From positions 1,984,001 to 2,048,000 of the forward strand of contig OY761611.1 of NCBI GenBank assembly GCA_963664875.1: a stretch of 64,000 nt of DNA, read 5' to 3'. Numbering within the stretch: position 1 is the first letter of the stretch; the number at the start of each line of letters is the position of its first letter. The notes under the pieces were generated by a model. It did not search any database. It was not told where the DNA came from and was given only the letters and a program-made list of their open reading frames with translations. A program made the position numbers and the translations under genes. Below, piece after piece: positions 48,876-58,784 of the stretch. Source of the stretch: Candidatus Kapaibacterium sp. GTDB lineage: Bacteria > Bacteroidota > Ignavibacteria > Kapaibacteriales > UBA2268.

Positions 48876-51326
48876 CTATTCTTTATCTTCTTTTTTTCTG
48901 CCTCTGAAATGGAGGAAGATGCCACCAAGAAGTGCAAGTATGGTCAGACCATTTGTTGCCATACTTATAGTTTTGCCGGTTTCGTACGAGTCGGAGTGGT
49001 ATTTGAATTCCACTTTGTGCTGACCCGCAGGTACTACAATAGATCGGAAAGCAAAGTTAGTTTTATAGATTTCTGTTTCTTTGCCATCTATATATGCTTT
49101 CCACGCAACGGGATAGTAAATTTCAGATAAAAGCAGAAGGTTGTTACCTGTTGCATTTACATTTAGTTCAATGAGTTCGTTTTCGTATTTAGTAACTTCA
49201 GCTTTTGCTGATTCGCCCGCAGGGTCGATATTTAGACCTTTGTCTTCTTCCATGTATGCAACCTGCTTCGGATCGAAAGATCCTGTTTTTAGTTTTTCTA
49301 AGATTGCTTTAGCGTCTGCTATTTCTACAGAATTGACAAACTCAGCACGTTTCAGCATATTCGGATTTTGGAATACATAAGCACCTGATTGTTGCGACTG
49401 CATCACAGGAGGCAAGCCTACGTTCTGACCTGCAATAATATATTTCACATTAAGAAGATTCCAAAGGAATGGATTTGTTACATAAGAAGTTGAAGCTCTG
49501 TCTGCATTGTCGAGCATATCCTGATATACTCTTAGTTTTGCTGAGTGGTAGCCACCAACATTTTGTAGCCCGAAATAAGCAGGAATATTAGCCTGACGAG
49601 TAAAATCAGTAATACGGAATAAATCTTTGTCTTGTTTTAAAAATGCTTCGATATCACTTTCCTTGAAGTATTCCTTGCTCATGTCATATTTAGATACTTC
49701 CATTGGACGGTAAGCAATTCGCCACATATCAAAAACTGAAAGCACGACAAGCACTACCACGAGTCCTGCATATTTAAGTTTATTAGCACGGAAAGCCCAG
49801 AAAAGCCCCCCGGCAACAGCAAGAATAGCTACATTGATAAACCAGTCGCTTATCATTATACTCCATAATTCTTTTTGCAGAGGCATGTGCTGTAGCTTTT
49901 CGCCAACTGAGGCGATGTAGTCATCTTTAAATGCTGCAGCCCAGATAGCTCCAAGCAAAGCAAACCCACCAACTCCATAGAAGAAAAATTTAAGATATTT
50001 GCTAACTTTTTCTTCGTTGCTGATAAGTGAATTGATGCCGTAACCTGCAAGTATCGGGAAAGTAAAGTGCATCATAGCCAAAGACATTGAAGGAGCACGA
50101 AACTTATTGAACATTGGCACATAGTAGTAAAAGAAGTCAAAAAGAATCGGCAAATTATCGCCGAATGATAACAGCAATCCTATCATTGCAATAGTCATCA
50201 TTGCCTGGACAAAAATATCTTTTCTGTTATATATGAACCCTACAATAGCCAGAGCAAAAACAATAATACCCATATAAGGAGGGGAATCTTCTATTTCTTT
50301 TTGTCCCCAATAAGTAACAATTTTATCCGGGATACCCTGCTGAGTCGGCAAGCGAAGAGTGTTGTCAGTTTTGCCGAAACCGTAGTAACTTGGCACTGCA
50401 AAAGTCAAACATTCAGAAGGTGTGTATGAAAACATTGTTGCATATTCATAGTCATGCCCACCGTTTTCAGTTACATGTGCATCTTGTTTGACAAGAGGAG
50501 CAGACCCGCGAGTGGAATAAGGCATATATTCCTGTGTGCTGAAAAATCTATCTGAAGACATCAGATAGGACAAACCACCTGCCAATGCCAAAAGTCCAGC
50601 CACATAAACTACATTCAGTGCTTTATCTTTTCTGATAAGACGAGAAACGAACTCAAATATCAGATATATACCAAAAGACAAGATACCGTAAAAAATCATC
50701 TGATAGTGAGCACCTTCGAGCATGATATGTACCACTACTATCAGCAGAGCAGCATGCAGCAGTGTGATTTTCTCACGGAGCCGTTCCATCAGCATAAATA
50801 TATAAGGGAACATAGCTATCACCATTGGTTTGGTGTTGTGCCCTATCATTATCCAAGTAATAACATAAGTAGAAAACACTGCTGCAAATGCAGTAATAAA
50901 TGAAGCAAGTCTATCCTGCTTTTTACTCCTCATAAGCAGATACATACCAACAGCATACACTGCATAGAAAGAAGCTACGCGAGCGGCATCGCTGGAGAAT
51001 ATATTACCCACAAACTCAGTAAGAGCGAAGAAAAGATGCGGTATAAGGTCATAAGCCCTTGAGCCGGTAGTAAGCAAAGAAGCAAAACTTGGCATGCCAC
51101 TAAAAATATATGGAATCCATTGCGGGAATTCCCCTTTAGAATTTGCTTTTTCGAGAAAGGGTTTGAAACTTTCGGATGCAACGTTGTCAGAAGCGTTGAA
51201 ACCACCGGACATTATTGCATTGCCGAAAAAGATATAAATCAGCAGCACCAGTAGCCCTGCAAAAAAGACATCCTGGTACTTTTCAGGAATGAAGAACTTC
51301 CTGTCATTCGGGTTAAAATTGCTCAT
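48876..51326 (-). CDS. YfhO-family GT-C membrane glycosyltransferase
   Basis: PQWIPYIFSGMP, NKFRAP, GGYHSAK, LLNVKYI, SEIYYP.AWKAYIDGK. Confidence 0.88.
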   Translation of the reverse strand: MSNFNPNDRKFFIPEKYQDVFFAGLLVLLIYIFFGNAIMSGGFNASDNVASESFKPFLEKANSKGEFPQWIPYIFSGMPSFASLLTTGSRAYDLIPHLFFALTEFVGNIFSSDAARVASFYAVYAVGMYLLMRSKKQDRLASFITAFAAVFSTYVITWIMIGHNTKPMVIAMFPYIFMLMERLREKITLLHAALLIVVVHIMLEGAHYQMIFYGILSFGIYLIFEFVSRLIRKDKALNVVYVAGLLALAGGLSYLMSSDRFFSTQEYMPYSTRGSAPLVKQDAHVTENGGHDYEYATMFSYTPSECLTFAVPSYYGFGKTDNTLRLPTQQGIPDKIVTYWGQKEIEDSPPYMGIIVFALAIVGFIYNRKDIFVQAMMTIAMIGLLLSFGDNLPILFDFFYYYVPMFNKFRAPSMSLAMMHFTFPILAGYGINSLISNEEKVSKYLKFFFYGVGGFALLGAIWAAAFKDDYIASVGEKLQHMPLQKELWSIMISDWFINVAILAVAGGLFWAFRANKLKYAGLVVVLVVLSVFDMWRIAYRPMEVSKYDMSKEYFKESDIEAFLKQDKDLFRITDFTRQANIPAYFGLQNVGGYHSAKLRVYQDMLDNADRASTSYVTNPFLWNLLNVKYIIAGQNVGLPPVMQSQQSGAYVFQNPNMLKRAEFVNSVEIADAKAILEKLKTGSFDPKQVAYMEEDKGLNIDPAGESAKAEVTKYENELIELNVNATGNNLLLLSEIYYPVAWKAYIDGKETEIYKTNFAFRSIVVPAGQHKVEFKYHSDSYETGKTISMATNGLTILALLGGIFLHFRGRKKEDKE

Positions 51327-51436
51327 AGCTATTCCCAATATTACTATTTAGAAACTATTATTTTTCCAATTTTTCAAGTTAACAATAAAAAAGCAAAAAT
51401 CTAACTCTAAATGTGCTATTGCAGGTGCAAATAGAT

Positions 51437-52018
51437 TTATTCCCAAACATACACAGTAGCTACAATAGCATCTCCCGAGCTATAGAGAGTAATTTCATCT
51501 GATGCAAGGTCTGTGCAGGCAAGGAAGTCTCCTTCATCGAGTTCGACAAGTGTGGAATTGATGCGAATGGAAACAGCACCACTATATGAATAAAAGAATG
51601 TCTTATTTATTTCTGCTCTTGGAATAAATTTGACTGAATTGTCTCTGCTTATCAGCCAATACGACATTTCTGCTTCTGTAGTACCTATGGTCATTAGATT
51701 GAAATCAATACACTTACCAATAGATTTTGTATTCACTCCGCCGGAAAACCTATGAATCTGTAGTGGGGCTAAATCGATAGGATTTTTACCATCATGTATC
51801 AATTTGATATTTCCGACTAAAGTCATAATCTGCCTATCTACACCCTCGAGTGGAGTAAAATCTGACTCTTCAAGTTCTACAGTTGCTGTGCTTATCCTAA
51901 ATTCAAAAGTTTTTTCTTTATAATCAGCATTTTCCGGGAATATGTATAACTGAGTTGTCGTGCCGCCAGCCCAAGTGCTTTTTTTCAATTCATTTTTTTT
52001 AAACAAGCGATATTGCAT
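51437..52018 (-). CDS. HutD/Ves-family cupin protein
   Basis: WAGGTTTQL, FRISTA, FT...GVDR, DFNLM. Confidence 0.85.
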   Translation of the reverse strand: MQYRLFKKNELKKSTWAGGTTTQLYIFPENADYKEKTFEFRISTATVELEESDFTPLEGVDRQIMTLVGNIKLIHDGKNPIDLAPLQIHRFSGGVNTKSIGKCIDFNLMTIGTTEAEMSYWLISRDNSVKFIPRAEINKTFFYSYSGAVSIRINSTLVELDEGDFLACTDLASDEITLYSSGDAIVATVYVWE

Positions 52019-52227
52019 TTGATTTTTTTCCTTATTACAAAACGGATTGTGCAAAATAGCAACAAATCAACAAATGTTTGCCAAATAATACCCGCTAATT
52101 TTGCAAAATACAAGGTATTAACAAACTCGATAAAGACGCAGGGTTTGAGTAAAATTACTTTGAAACATAATATTTTTGATTTCGTTTATGTAAATATTAC
52201 AGATTCACAGTTTAGGCGAGGCTATTT

Positions 52228-52938
52228 ATGCAAGTGTTATATAAAGCAGAGGAAAGAGGACATGCAAATCATGGCTGGTTAGACTCCTATCACTCATTTA
52301 GTTTTGCAGGCTATTATGACCCCAAAAAAATGAATTTCGGATCTTTGCGGGTATTGAATGATGATACTATCTCTCCGGGTAGTGGCTTCGATGCGCATCC
52401 CCACGACAATATGGAAATTATATCCATACCTCTTGAAGGGAAATTAGCTCATAAAGACAGTATGGGGAACGGCTCTGTCATTGAGGAGGGCGACATACAG
52501 ATTATGAGTGCAGGGACAGGTATCCTGCATAGTGAATTCAACGGTAGTGATACAGAAATTGGCAAATTCCTGCAGATTTGGATTTTCCCTAAAGAGAGAA
52601 ACATCAAACCAAGATATGACCAGATTTCAATCAGAGATTTGCGAATGGAAAATAAATTGTATCAAATTGTTTCTCCTTACGTCAATGAGCAGGGAGTGCA
52701 AATCATGCAGGATGCTTGGTTTCACATGGGGGAATTTGACGAGGGTGTAACCGAAACTTATAAAATTCGTAAAGAAGGAAACGGTGTTTACATCTTTGTA
52801 ATTGAAGGAAATATAGAAATCAACGGAACGGTATTAAAGGATAGAGATGCTCTGGGAATAAGTGATGCGGAGCTATTAGAAGTAAAATCGAACACAAAAT
52901 CAAAATTTTTAATAATGGACATACCAATGTCGCGATAG
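52228..52938 (+). CDS. Pirin family protein (YhhW-like)
   Basis: RGHANHGWL.SYHSFSF, HPHDNMEI, MSAGTGILHSE, FLQIWI. Confidence 0.93.
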   Translation: MQVLYKAEERGHANHGWLDSYHSFSFAGYYDPKKMNFGSLRVLNDDTISPGSGFDAHPHDNMEIISIPLEGKLAHKDSMGNGSVIEEGDIQIMSAGTGILHSEFNGSDTEIGKFLQIWIFPKERNIKPRYDQISIRDLRMENKLYQIVSPYVNEQGVQIMQDAWFHMGEFDEGVTETYKIRKEGNGVYIFVIEGNIEINGTVLKDRDALGISDAELLEVKSNTKSKFLIMDIPMSR

Positions 52939-52949
52939 GAGATAAAAAA

Positions 52950-53579
52950 ATGCAACTTTTAGAAAGCCTAAATTGGCGTTATGCTACTAAAAAATTTGAC
53001 TCTACAAAAAAAGTCAATGCTGAAGACTTAGATAAACTTTTAGAAGCAATCAGGCTATCAGCTTCTTCTTATGGATTGCAGCTATTTAAGGTATTCGTGG
53101 TTGAAGATAAAGAAACACGAGAAAAATTAAAAGCGGCAGCATGGAATCAGTCTCAAATTACCGATGCCTCTCAGGTACTCGTATTTTGTAGCCACAGTGA
53201 TGTAACAGCAGAGGATATTGACAATTACATAATCAGAACCACAGAAACAAGAAATTTGGATGTAAATGCTTTGGCTCAATACGGCGAATTCATGAAAGGT
53301 ACAATTTTAGGGCTGGACACCAATGTAAAACAGGCATGGACAGCTCGCCAAACATATATTGCTTTAGGTACTTTACTTGCGGCATGTGCAGAATTGAGAA
53401 TAGATTCATGCCCTATGGAAGGATTTGACAATGCTCAGTTTGATGAAATACTCGGTTTGGAAGCGAAAGGTTTAAAATCTGCAGTTGTAGCAACTATCGG
53501 CTATCGCTCTGAAGAAGACCAATTACAATACGCAGCAAAAGTAAGAAAAAGCAAAGAAGATTTATTCGAAACTATATAA
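52950..53579 (+). CDS. NAD(P)H-dependent nitroreductase (NfsB-like)
   Basis: WRYATKKFD, SASSYGLQ, IDSCPMEGF. Confidence 0.9.
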   Translation: MQLLESLNWRYATKKFDSTKKVNAEDLDKLLEAIRLSASSYGLQLFKVFVVEDKETREKLKAAAWNQSQITDASQVLVFCSHSDVTAEDIDNYIIRTTETRNLDVNALAQYGEFMKGTILGLDTNVKQAWTARQTYIALGTLLAACAELRIDSCPMEGFDNAQFDEILGLEAKGLKSAVVATIGYRSEEDQLQYAAKVRKSKEDLFETI

Positions 53580-53603
53580 ATCCGAATATTTTGCTTATAT
53601 TTT

Positions 53604-53644
53604 AACTCCAATCTTTATGATTTCACAGAGATTGGAGTTTTTTT
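53604..53644 (+). terminator. Intrinsic terminator
   Basis: aactccaatct...agattggagtt + T run. Confidence 0.75.
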
Positions 53645-53666
53645 ATATTATTAAGAGAAGGGAAAA

Positions 53667-54068
53667 ATGGAATATTTGGGCTCATGTCTTTGTAGAAAAG
53701 TCAAGTATAAAGTAACCGGTAATATTGATAATTTCTTTCTTTGCCACTGTGGTTATTGCCAAAAAGGGAGTGGCTCCGCACACTCAGCGAATGCCTTTTT
53801 AGGTGATGCCAAATTGGATTGGCTAAGCGGTGCAGAGCTTATTCAATCTTACAAAGTTCCTAATTCACCTCATCAGAGGAGTTTTTGCACAAATTGTGGC
53901 TCTCCCCTGCCTTATATACTTACAGAATGGAATCAGGTAGTTGTACCCGCCGGAAGTGTCGATACAAATATTGATAAAGAACCTAAGGGGCACATATTCA
54001 TTTCCAAAAAAGCAAATTGGGATAGTAATTTGCATAATCTCGACCAATTCGACTCTTTACCGGAATAG
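53667..54068 (+). CDS. GFA/CENP-V family zinc protein
   Basis: GSCLC, CHCGYCQK, RSFCTNCGS. Confidence 0.92.
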   Translation: MEYLGSCLCRKVKYKVTGNIDNFFLCHCGYCQKGSGSAHSANAFLGDAKLDWLSGAELIQSYKVPNSPHQRSFCTNCGSPLPYILTEWNQVVVPAGSVDTNIDKEPKGHIFISKKANWDSNLHNLDQFDSLPE

Positions 54069-54095
54069 GAACGTGTTTAAGTACTTTTGTTTCAA

Positions 54096-54119
54096 TTCAA
54101 TTTGGGTTAGTCCTTTAGT
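54096..54119. repeat. 24-bp direct repeat, copy 1
   Basis: ttcaatttgggttagtcctttagt; 23/24 identical to 54623-54646. Confidence 0.8.
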
Positions 54120-54627
54120 TTGGTCGTACAGTGAATACTATGAAGAGAATCATTATGATCAATATGGCTGAAGTCATTATGCTATTTACTTTTGCATTAA
54201 TTGCCATAGTGTTTCTAAGTGTTTCGCCTCTTCTTTTACCGAGTCTGTAATAGAAATAGTAATCATAAACAACAGAAAAGAAAAAGTAGAAGAAGGTAGT
54301 AAACACCCAAATTATAATTTTGTCTAACACACTATCTTCTATAAACTCACTCCTAACCAATAGAAAGCTACTTAATACTCCGGCAGAGACAAAACTTAGT
54401 ATGAAGGAAAATGATTTGTACAAAGTAAATGACCAATACTCCTTATTTGATAAATCTTTCCAAAATATAGCAATAACTACCGAATTTATCATTGATAGAA
54501 AAATACCAACGAAAAACAATATTAGTAACCAGAAAGTGAAGAAAGCAGGACCAAAAGAGTGAGCCCACATCACCTGGGGTAGAAGCAGTGCAAAGATTAC
54601 AAGTAATATCTTAGATTTTAAGTTCAA
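54115..54627 (-). CDS. Hypothetical membrane protein (170 aa)
   Basis: TTG start after AAAGGA RBS; several hydrophobic segments. Confidence 0.65.
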   Translation of the reverse strand: MNLKSKILLVIFALLLPQVMWAHSFGPAFFTFWLLILFFVGIFLSMINSVVIAIFWKDLSNKEYWSFTLYKSFSFILSFVSAGVLSSFLLVRSEFIEDSVLDKIIIWVFTTFFYFFFSVVYDYYFYYRLGKRRGETLRNTMAINAKVNSIMTSAILIIMILFIVFTVRPN

Positions 54628-54646
54628 TTCGGGTTAGTCCTTTAGT
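54623..54646. repeat. 24-bp direct repeat, copy 2
   Basis: ttcaattcgggttagtcctttagt. Confidence 0.8.
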
Positions 54647-54879
54647 GCTTTTTTATTTCCGTACTTCTGATCTAAGTGCATAAAGAAATATCCTACTGCA
54701 TTGCCGAGGGCAAATTTTAGAAGTAGAAAGAGCATATCTATGCCAAGGTAGGGTTTTACTTCATCTGTACCCAAGATTGCCCACATAAAAATCAGGTAGG
54801 CAGTTGCTATCAGAGTTGTCTCTAAAATAAAAAACACCGCCTTTGGGAGCGGTGTCTTATCAGATTTTCTAAGAATCAC
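54634..54879 (-). CDS. Small hypothetical membrane protein
   Basis: GTG start overlapping the upstream TGA (GTGA) with GGAG RBS; two TM segments. Confidence 0.55.
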   Translation of the reverse strand: MILRKSDKTPLPKAVFFILETTLIATAYLIFMWAILGTDEVKPYLGIDMLFLLLKFALGNAVGYFFMHLDQKYGNKKALKD

Positions 54880-55493
54880 GCCGTAGCTCCCTTCCGTATA
54901 AAAATGCCGTCGAATGTTTCCCAAATTTTTTCAAATACACCATACATAAACACCCAGCCAATCAGCGAGCATATTGTGTATCCGAAATATCCTTTAAAAT
55001 ATACAATTTTAGGGATTAGTCCCACAGGTGAAAACTGCAAAAGATAAATGTTCCAATCCGTGCCTAAGCTGATAAGGACAAACAGCAAAAATGCTGAGTA
55101 AAAACTGTACTTATCGAACTTGGTAAGATTGAGGTTTTCCGCTTCTTCTCTGTATTCAAAGTTGGTAACTGCCCAATTTGAGATGCGCCTCATGCGGTAA
55201 TAAAGTGCATAAAGACAAAAAGACATAAACGCAACTGTTCCGGAGGTTGATGACACACCCGCAGAATTGCCCATTATCACACCTGAAGAAACATAGCCGG
55301 CACCAATGGCAAGCACAAAATACTGCATATTTCGCAGTATAAATCTGAGCTTTGCCTGATTCATGGCATTTTTCAACATGAACCACGCCGGAATATATAC
55401 CGTCAGATAGTAGAAGGCAAGCAGAAAAAGAAATGTAAAGCCCAAAAAGCCTACATAATAGAAAACACTTTTAATGAGTAACAAAATGTCCAT
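54876..55493 (-). CDS. Hypothetical membrane protein (205 aa)
   Basis: Multiple hydrophobic segments. Confidence 0.6.
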   Translation of the reverse strand: MDILLLIKSVFYYVGFLGFTFLFLLAFYYLTVYIPAWFMLKNAMNQAKLRFILRNMQYFVLAIGAGYVSSGVIMGNSAGVSSTSGTVAFMSFCLYALYYRMRRISNWAVTNFEYREEAENLNLTKFDKYSFYSAFLLFVLISLGTDWNIYLLQFSPVGLIPKIVYFKGYFGYTICSLIGWVFMYGVFEKIWETFDGIFIRKGATA

Positions 55494-55572
55494 AAGTACC
55501 TGTCTTTATGAATATTAACCTAATTGGACAATTTAGAAATTTTATTCAAATTAAGGAAGTGTTTTTTTCTAT

Positions 55573-55941
55573 CTACTTCTTAAATATAAAATAAACTGCC
55601 AAAATCAAAAATACAAACCCTACAAAATGATTCCATCGGAAGGTTTCATTCTTGAACAGAAGAAGAGAAAACACTGTAAAAACTGATAATGTGATCACTT
55701 CCTGCAAAACTTTTAGTTCTATCAGGCTAAAACTACCACCATTTTCGATATAACCGAATTTATTTGCCGGCACTTGAAAGCAATATTCAAAAAATGCCAC
55801 GCCCCAACTTATCAGAATTACCATATATAGATTAAGATTTTCAAATCCCTTCCATTCTGCAAATTTCAAATGCCCATACCAGGCAAATGTCATAAATGTA
55901 TTAGAAGCAATAAGCAGTAAAATTGTCCAAATCGCGTTCAT
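55573..55941 (-). CDS. Small DMT-superfamily protein (DUF486-like)
   Basis: SNTFMTFAWYGHLK, SWGVAFFEYCFQVPAN, LKVLQEVITL. Confidence 0.88.
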   Translation of the reverse strand: MNAIWTILLLIASNTFMTFAWYGHLKFAEWKGFENLNLYMVILISWGVAFFEYCFQVPANKFGYIENGGSFSLIELKVLQEVITLSVFTVFSLLLFKNETFRWNHFVGFVFLILAVYFIFKK

Positions 55942-55977
55942 AGTTGCGTCCCTTTCCGGATTTAATAAAACTGTTTC

Positions 55978-56835
55978 TTACCCTTTCTGCGTTATAATCA
56001 CACCGCTTATAATCAGCAAACCACCGATCATGAAGATAAAAGATGGGGAATAAGCAAAAAATATCATTGTCAGAATTGTTGTAAATATTGGCTGGATATT
56101 GTTAAATACAGATACTTTTGAAGCATCTATTTTTGTTAGAGCGAGATACCAAAGTGCATAGCCAACTGCGGAGGTAACAGCACCAAGATAGAATATCTGA
56201 AGCCACTGAGTCCCGTTAATTTCTGTAAAAACAAACTCAGCAGGGTGTATCAAATATACAGGGATATAGCTCAAAAGCCCCATAATCATCGCCATACCTG
56301 TCATATAAAATGCCCCGTACTTTCGAGATAAGGTTTTACCAAGTATTGTATAAATTGCCCAAGAGAAGCTGGCAGTTAGAGCCATAATATCTCCAAGAAA
56401 GGAGTCAGAGCTAAAGTCGAATCCCTTTTCTGCGAGAATCAAAACAGTGCCGGCGATTGCAACTCCAATCCCAAGTGTTCGCTTCCAGTTGATTGCTTCC
56501 CGAAGGAAAACTGTTGCAATAATCAGAACAAAAGCAGGAGTTAGTGCGTATGCAAGAGCTACATTTGGTGGAGAGCTCAGCTTCACTCCTGTAAGGAATA
56601 GGAACTGGTTGATTGGAATATTGATAATTCCAAGAATTAGGAATTTCCACCAATCCTCTTTTTCAAGTGGTTTAAGTTTTTTCTTTTGAATTAGTATATA
56701 TCCACCGTAAATTCCGGCAGCGAGCATTGCTCTATATAGTAAAACGGTTGCCGGCGGCAACTCCATAGTAACAGACTTAGCAAGGACGTGAGTGCCCGAA
56801 GCTATAAGCTGTTGCAAAACAAGCAATAGATACAT
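55978..56835 (-). CDS. EamA/DMT family transporter
   Basis: Two EamA halves; ATG overlaps the upstream stop (TAATG), so start moved to 56835. Confidence 0.9.
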   Translation of the reverse strand: MYLLLVLQQLIASGTHVLAKSVTMELPPATVLLYRAMLAAGIYGGYILIQKKKLKPLEKEDWWKFLILGIINIPINQFLFLTGVKLSSPPNVALAYALTPAFVLIIATVFLREAINWKRTLGIGVAIAGTVLILAEKGFDFSSDSFLGDIMALTASFSWAIYTILGKTLSRKYGAFYMTGMAMIMGLLSYIPVYLIHPAEFVFTEINGTQWLQIFYLGAVTSAVGYALWYLALTKIDASKVSVFNNIQPIFTTILTMIFFAYSPSFIFMIGGLLIISGVIITQKG

Positions 56836-57941
56836 TATTTGAAAATCTCCGAAATCGTGGTGTGCTGTGCTGCATAGTTGTATTTTAATGCAGCTTTTTT
56901 GCATTCGCTTTTATATTTAGCGGAATTATTCAGAAGCAGGCGACACTTTTCTGCGAACTGTTCATTGCTTGCGTTGATTGGAAGAAGCTCGCCAATAGAA
57001 AATTCTAATAATATCCGGCGCATAGCAGGCAAATCAGATACGAGAGACGGCAGCTCAGCCATGGCATATTCAAAAAGTTTATTTGGAAGGGCAAGTTCGT
57101 AAGAAAAACTGATTGGCTCTATATAAACTATCCCAATATCAGCTGAGCAAGTCCATTTGTGTAAATCCTGATAATCAATTTTTCCGATAAAGACTACTCT
57201 GTCCTGAAGGTTTTTGGATTTAATTATCTGCTCGAATTCAGCTTTATAAGAGCCCTCACCTGCAATAGCAAGGTAAGTATTCTCCAAATAATCTAAAGAG
57301 TTTAGAGCAGGAAACAAACCTCTGCCTTTGAGAATCATCCCTTGGTAAAGAATAATTTTAGACTCTGCCGGAAGATTGAAGTTCTCCCGGATTATGTTAG
57401 TGTCTAACTTTTCTTTGGAATAGGGCAGGTTCATTACAAGTGAAAATGGTTTATCTGTGCGAAAATGTTTGATTAGATACTTTGCATCTAAATCACCTGA
57501 AACAACGAGATGGTCAACAAATCGAACATAATACTTTTCGAGGAAAGTAATTACCATTTGTTTAAGTGGTTGTCCTGCAAGAGGGCCGAGAGCAGAATAT
57601 ATCTCTCGGGAATCATAGATAAGCTTAGCTTTAGATTTCTTCGCTACTAAAGAGGCAGCAGGAAGTACATATAAATCGGAAGCCCAGATATATTTCCCTT
57701 TAATATCTAAACCGGAAATCTTCTTTTTAAACTCAGCAATTTGCTTATATACCCTTTGCGATTGCATTGCAACCGGCAGGAACTCAACTCCCTTAGGTAA
57801 GTCGGGCTGCGAGCTTGCGACAGCAACATACAATATGCTTTTTCCGATACTGCTAAGGTAATTGATTAGATTCAATGTCCTTGCATCAGTAACAGGATCA
57901 GTCATTGAGATAAAAATTATATCGTAAGTTTTGCTTGCCAT
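56835..57941 (-). CDS. GT4 glycosyltransferase
   Basis: D.R, YDSREIY, LYQG, LPNKLFEYAMA; probable start MASK at 57941. Confidence 0.88.
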   Translation of the reverse strand: MASKTYDIIFISMTDPVTDARTLNLINYLSSIGKSILYVAVASSQPDLPKGVEFLPVAMQSQRVYKQIAEFKKKISGLDIKGKYIWASDLYVLPAASLVAKKSKAKLIYDSREIYSALGPLAGQPLKQMVITFLEKYYVRFVDHLVVSGDLDAKYLIKHFRTDKPFSLVMNLPYSKEKLDTNIIRENFNLPAESKIILYQGMILKGRGLFPALNSLDYLENTYLAIAGEGSYKAEFEQIIKSKNLQDRVVFIGKIDYQDLHKWTCSADIGIVYIEPISFSYELALPNKLFEYAMAELPSLVSDLPAMRRILLEFSIGELLPINASNEQFAEKCRLLLNNSAKYKSECKKAALKYNYAAQHTTISEIFK

Positions 57942-58246
57942 AAGTTCTTGATGTACAATGTTGTTAATCCTAACTCTACTGAAATAAACCCAAATCCCTA
58001 CTACAAACTTGCGTTTGTGGCAAAAAGGAGCTAACTGTTTGTCTATTTTTTTCTTTATAAATATCATTTAGTCGAAATAATATATATAATATCATAGTAA
58101 ATAGTCCTTGCGTTGCCTATATATATTGCATCAGCACTCCATAATATAGAAATTTGTTTTCAGTAATTTCTTAATTGAATGTGCATCTTACGCTTAAACA
58201 CTAGATGAGGAGAGGAAACAAAGCGTTCTTTTTTCTTTTTCTTTGG

Positions 58247-58297
58247 TTTCCGTTTCTTTTTCTTTTTTATCGCAAAAAAAAGAAAAAGAAATGGAAA
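58247..58297. repeat. Long pyrimidine/purine palindrome (REP-like)
   Basis: tttccgtttctttttctttttt / aaaaaagaaaaagaaatggaaa, about 22-bp stem. Confidence 0.55.
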
Positions 58298-58343
58298 AAG
58301 TAACACTAATCTCTTATTTATATCACCTGTAAAGGAAAGTCTT

Positions 58344-58430
58344 GCCGCCCTTACAGGGCTCTGTTTACTCAATAGTTGCAACCGTCCCATGGCGCTGCCA
58401 TGGGCTATTATCTATCAGCCTTTCAGGCTG
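58344..58430. repeat. REP-like composite palindrome
   Basis: gccct-tac-agggc; cccatggc-gct-gccatggg; cagcct-ttc-aggctg. Confidence 0.6.
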
Positions 58431-58784
58431 AAAATATATTCTTATTAACCTACATTATTCGACTACAACGTTTAACTAATAAACTCAATATGATTTAAAA
58501 TAATAAAAATTTTCTTCATATCGTTGTCTTTCATTGTAACAACTACTTTCTTGCAATTAGTTAGATGGAAAATGTAATTTGAAAACCCAATTGAGTTATT
58601 ATCTTATTTCTTGGCAAGGGGTTATACTTTGCCTCGAATTTGCTCGGTTTATAATCTCAGCTCAGTTGCCTTTCCCCTTGTTCAATAATGCAACACGTCA
58701 GATTTGCTTACAGAACAAATGGTATCCTTCTCAGACAATAAGTAAAGTAACGAGTAAGTTAGACTTCTAATGACAAATCCGGCT

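Noticed and set aside
54096-54646. Integron attC sites
   Set aside because: GTTAGTC/GACTAAC do not fit GTTRRRY/RYYYAAC; no attC-type palindrome or integrase.
58160-58390. 76-aa Lys/Phe-rich ORF
   Set aside because: Translation of the low-complexity palindrome.
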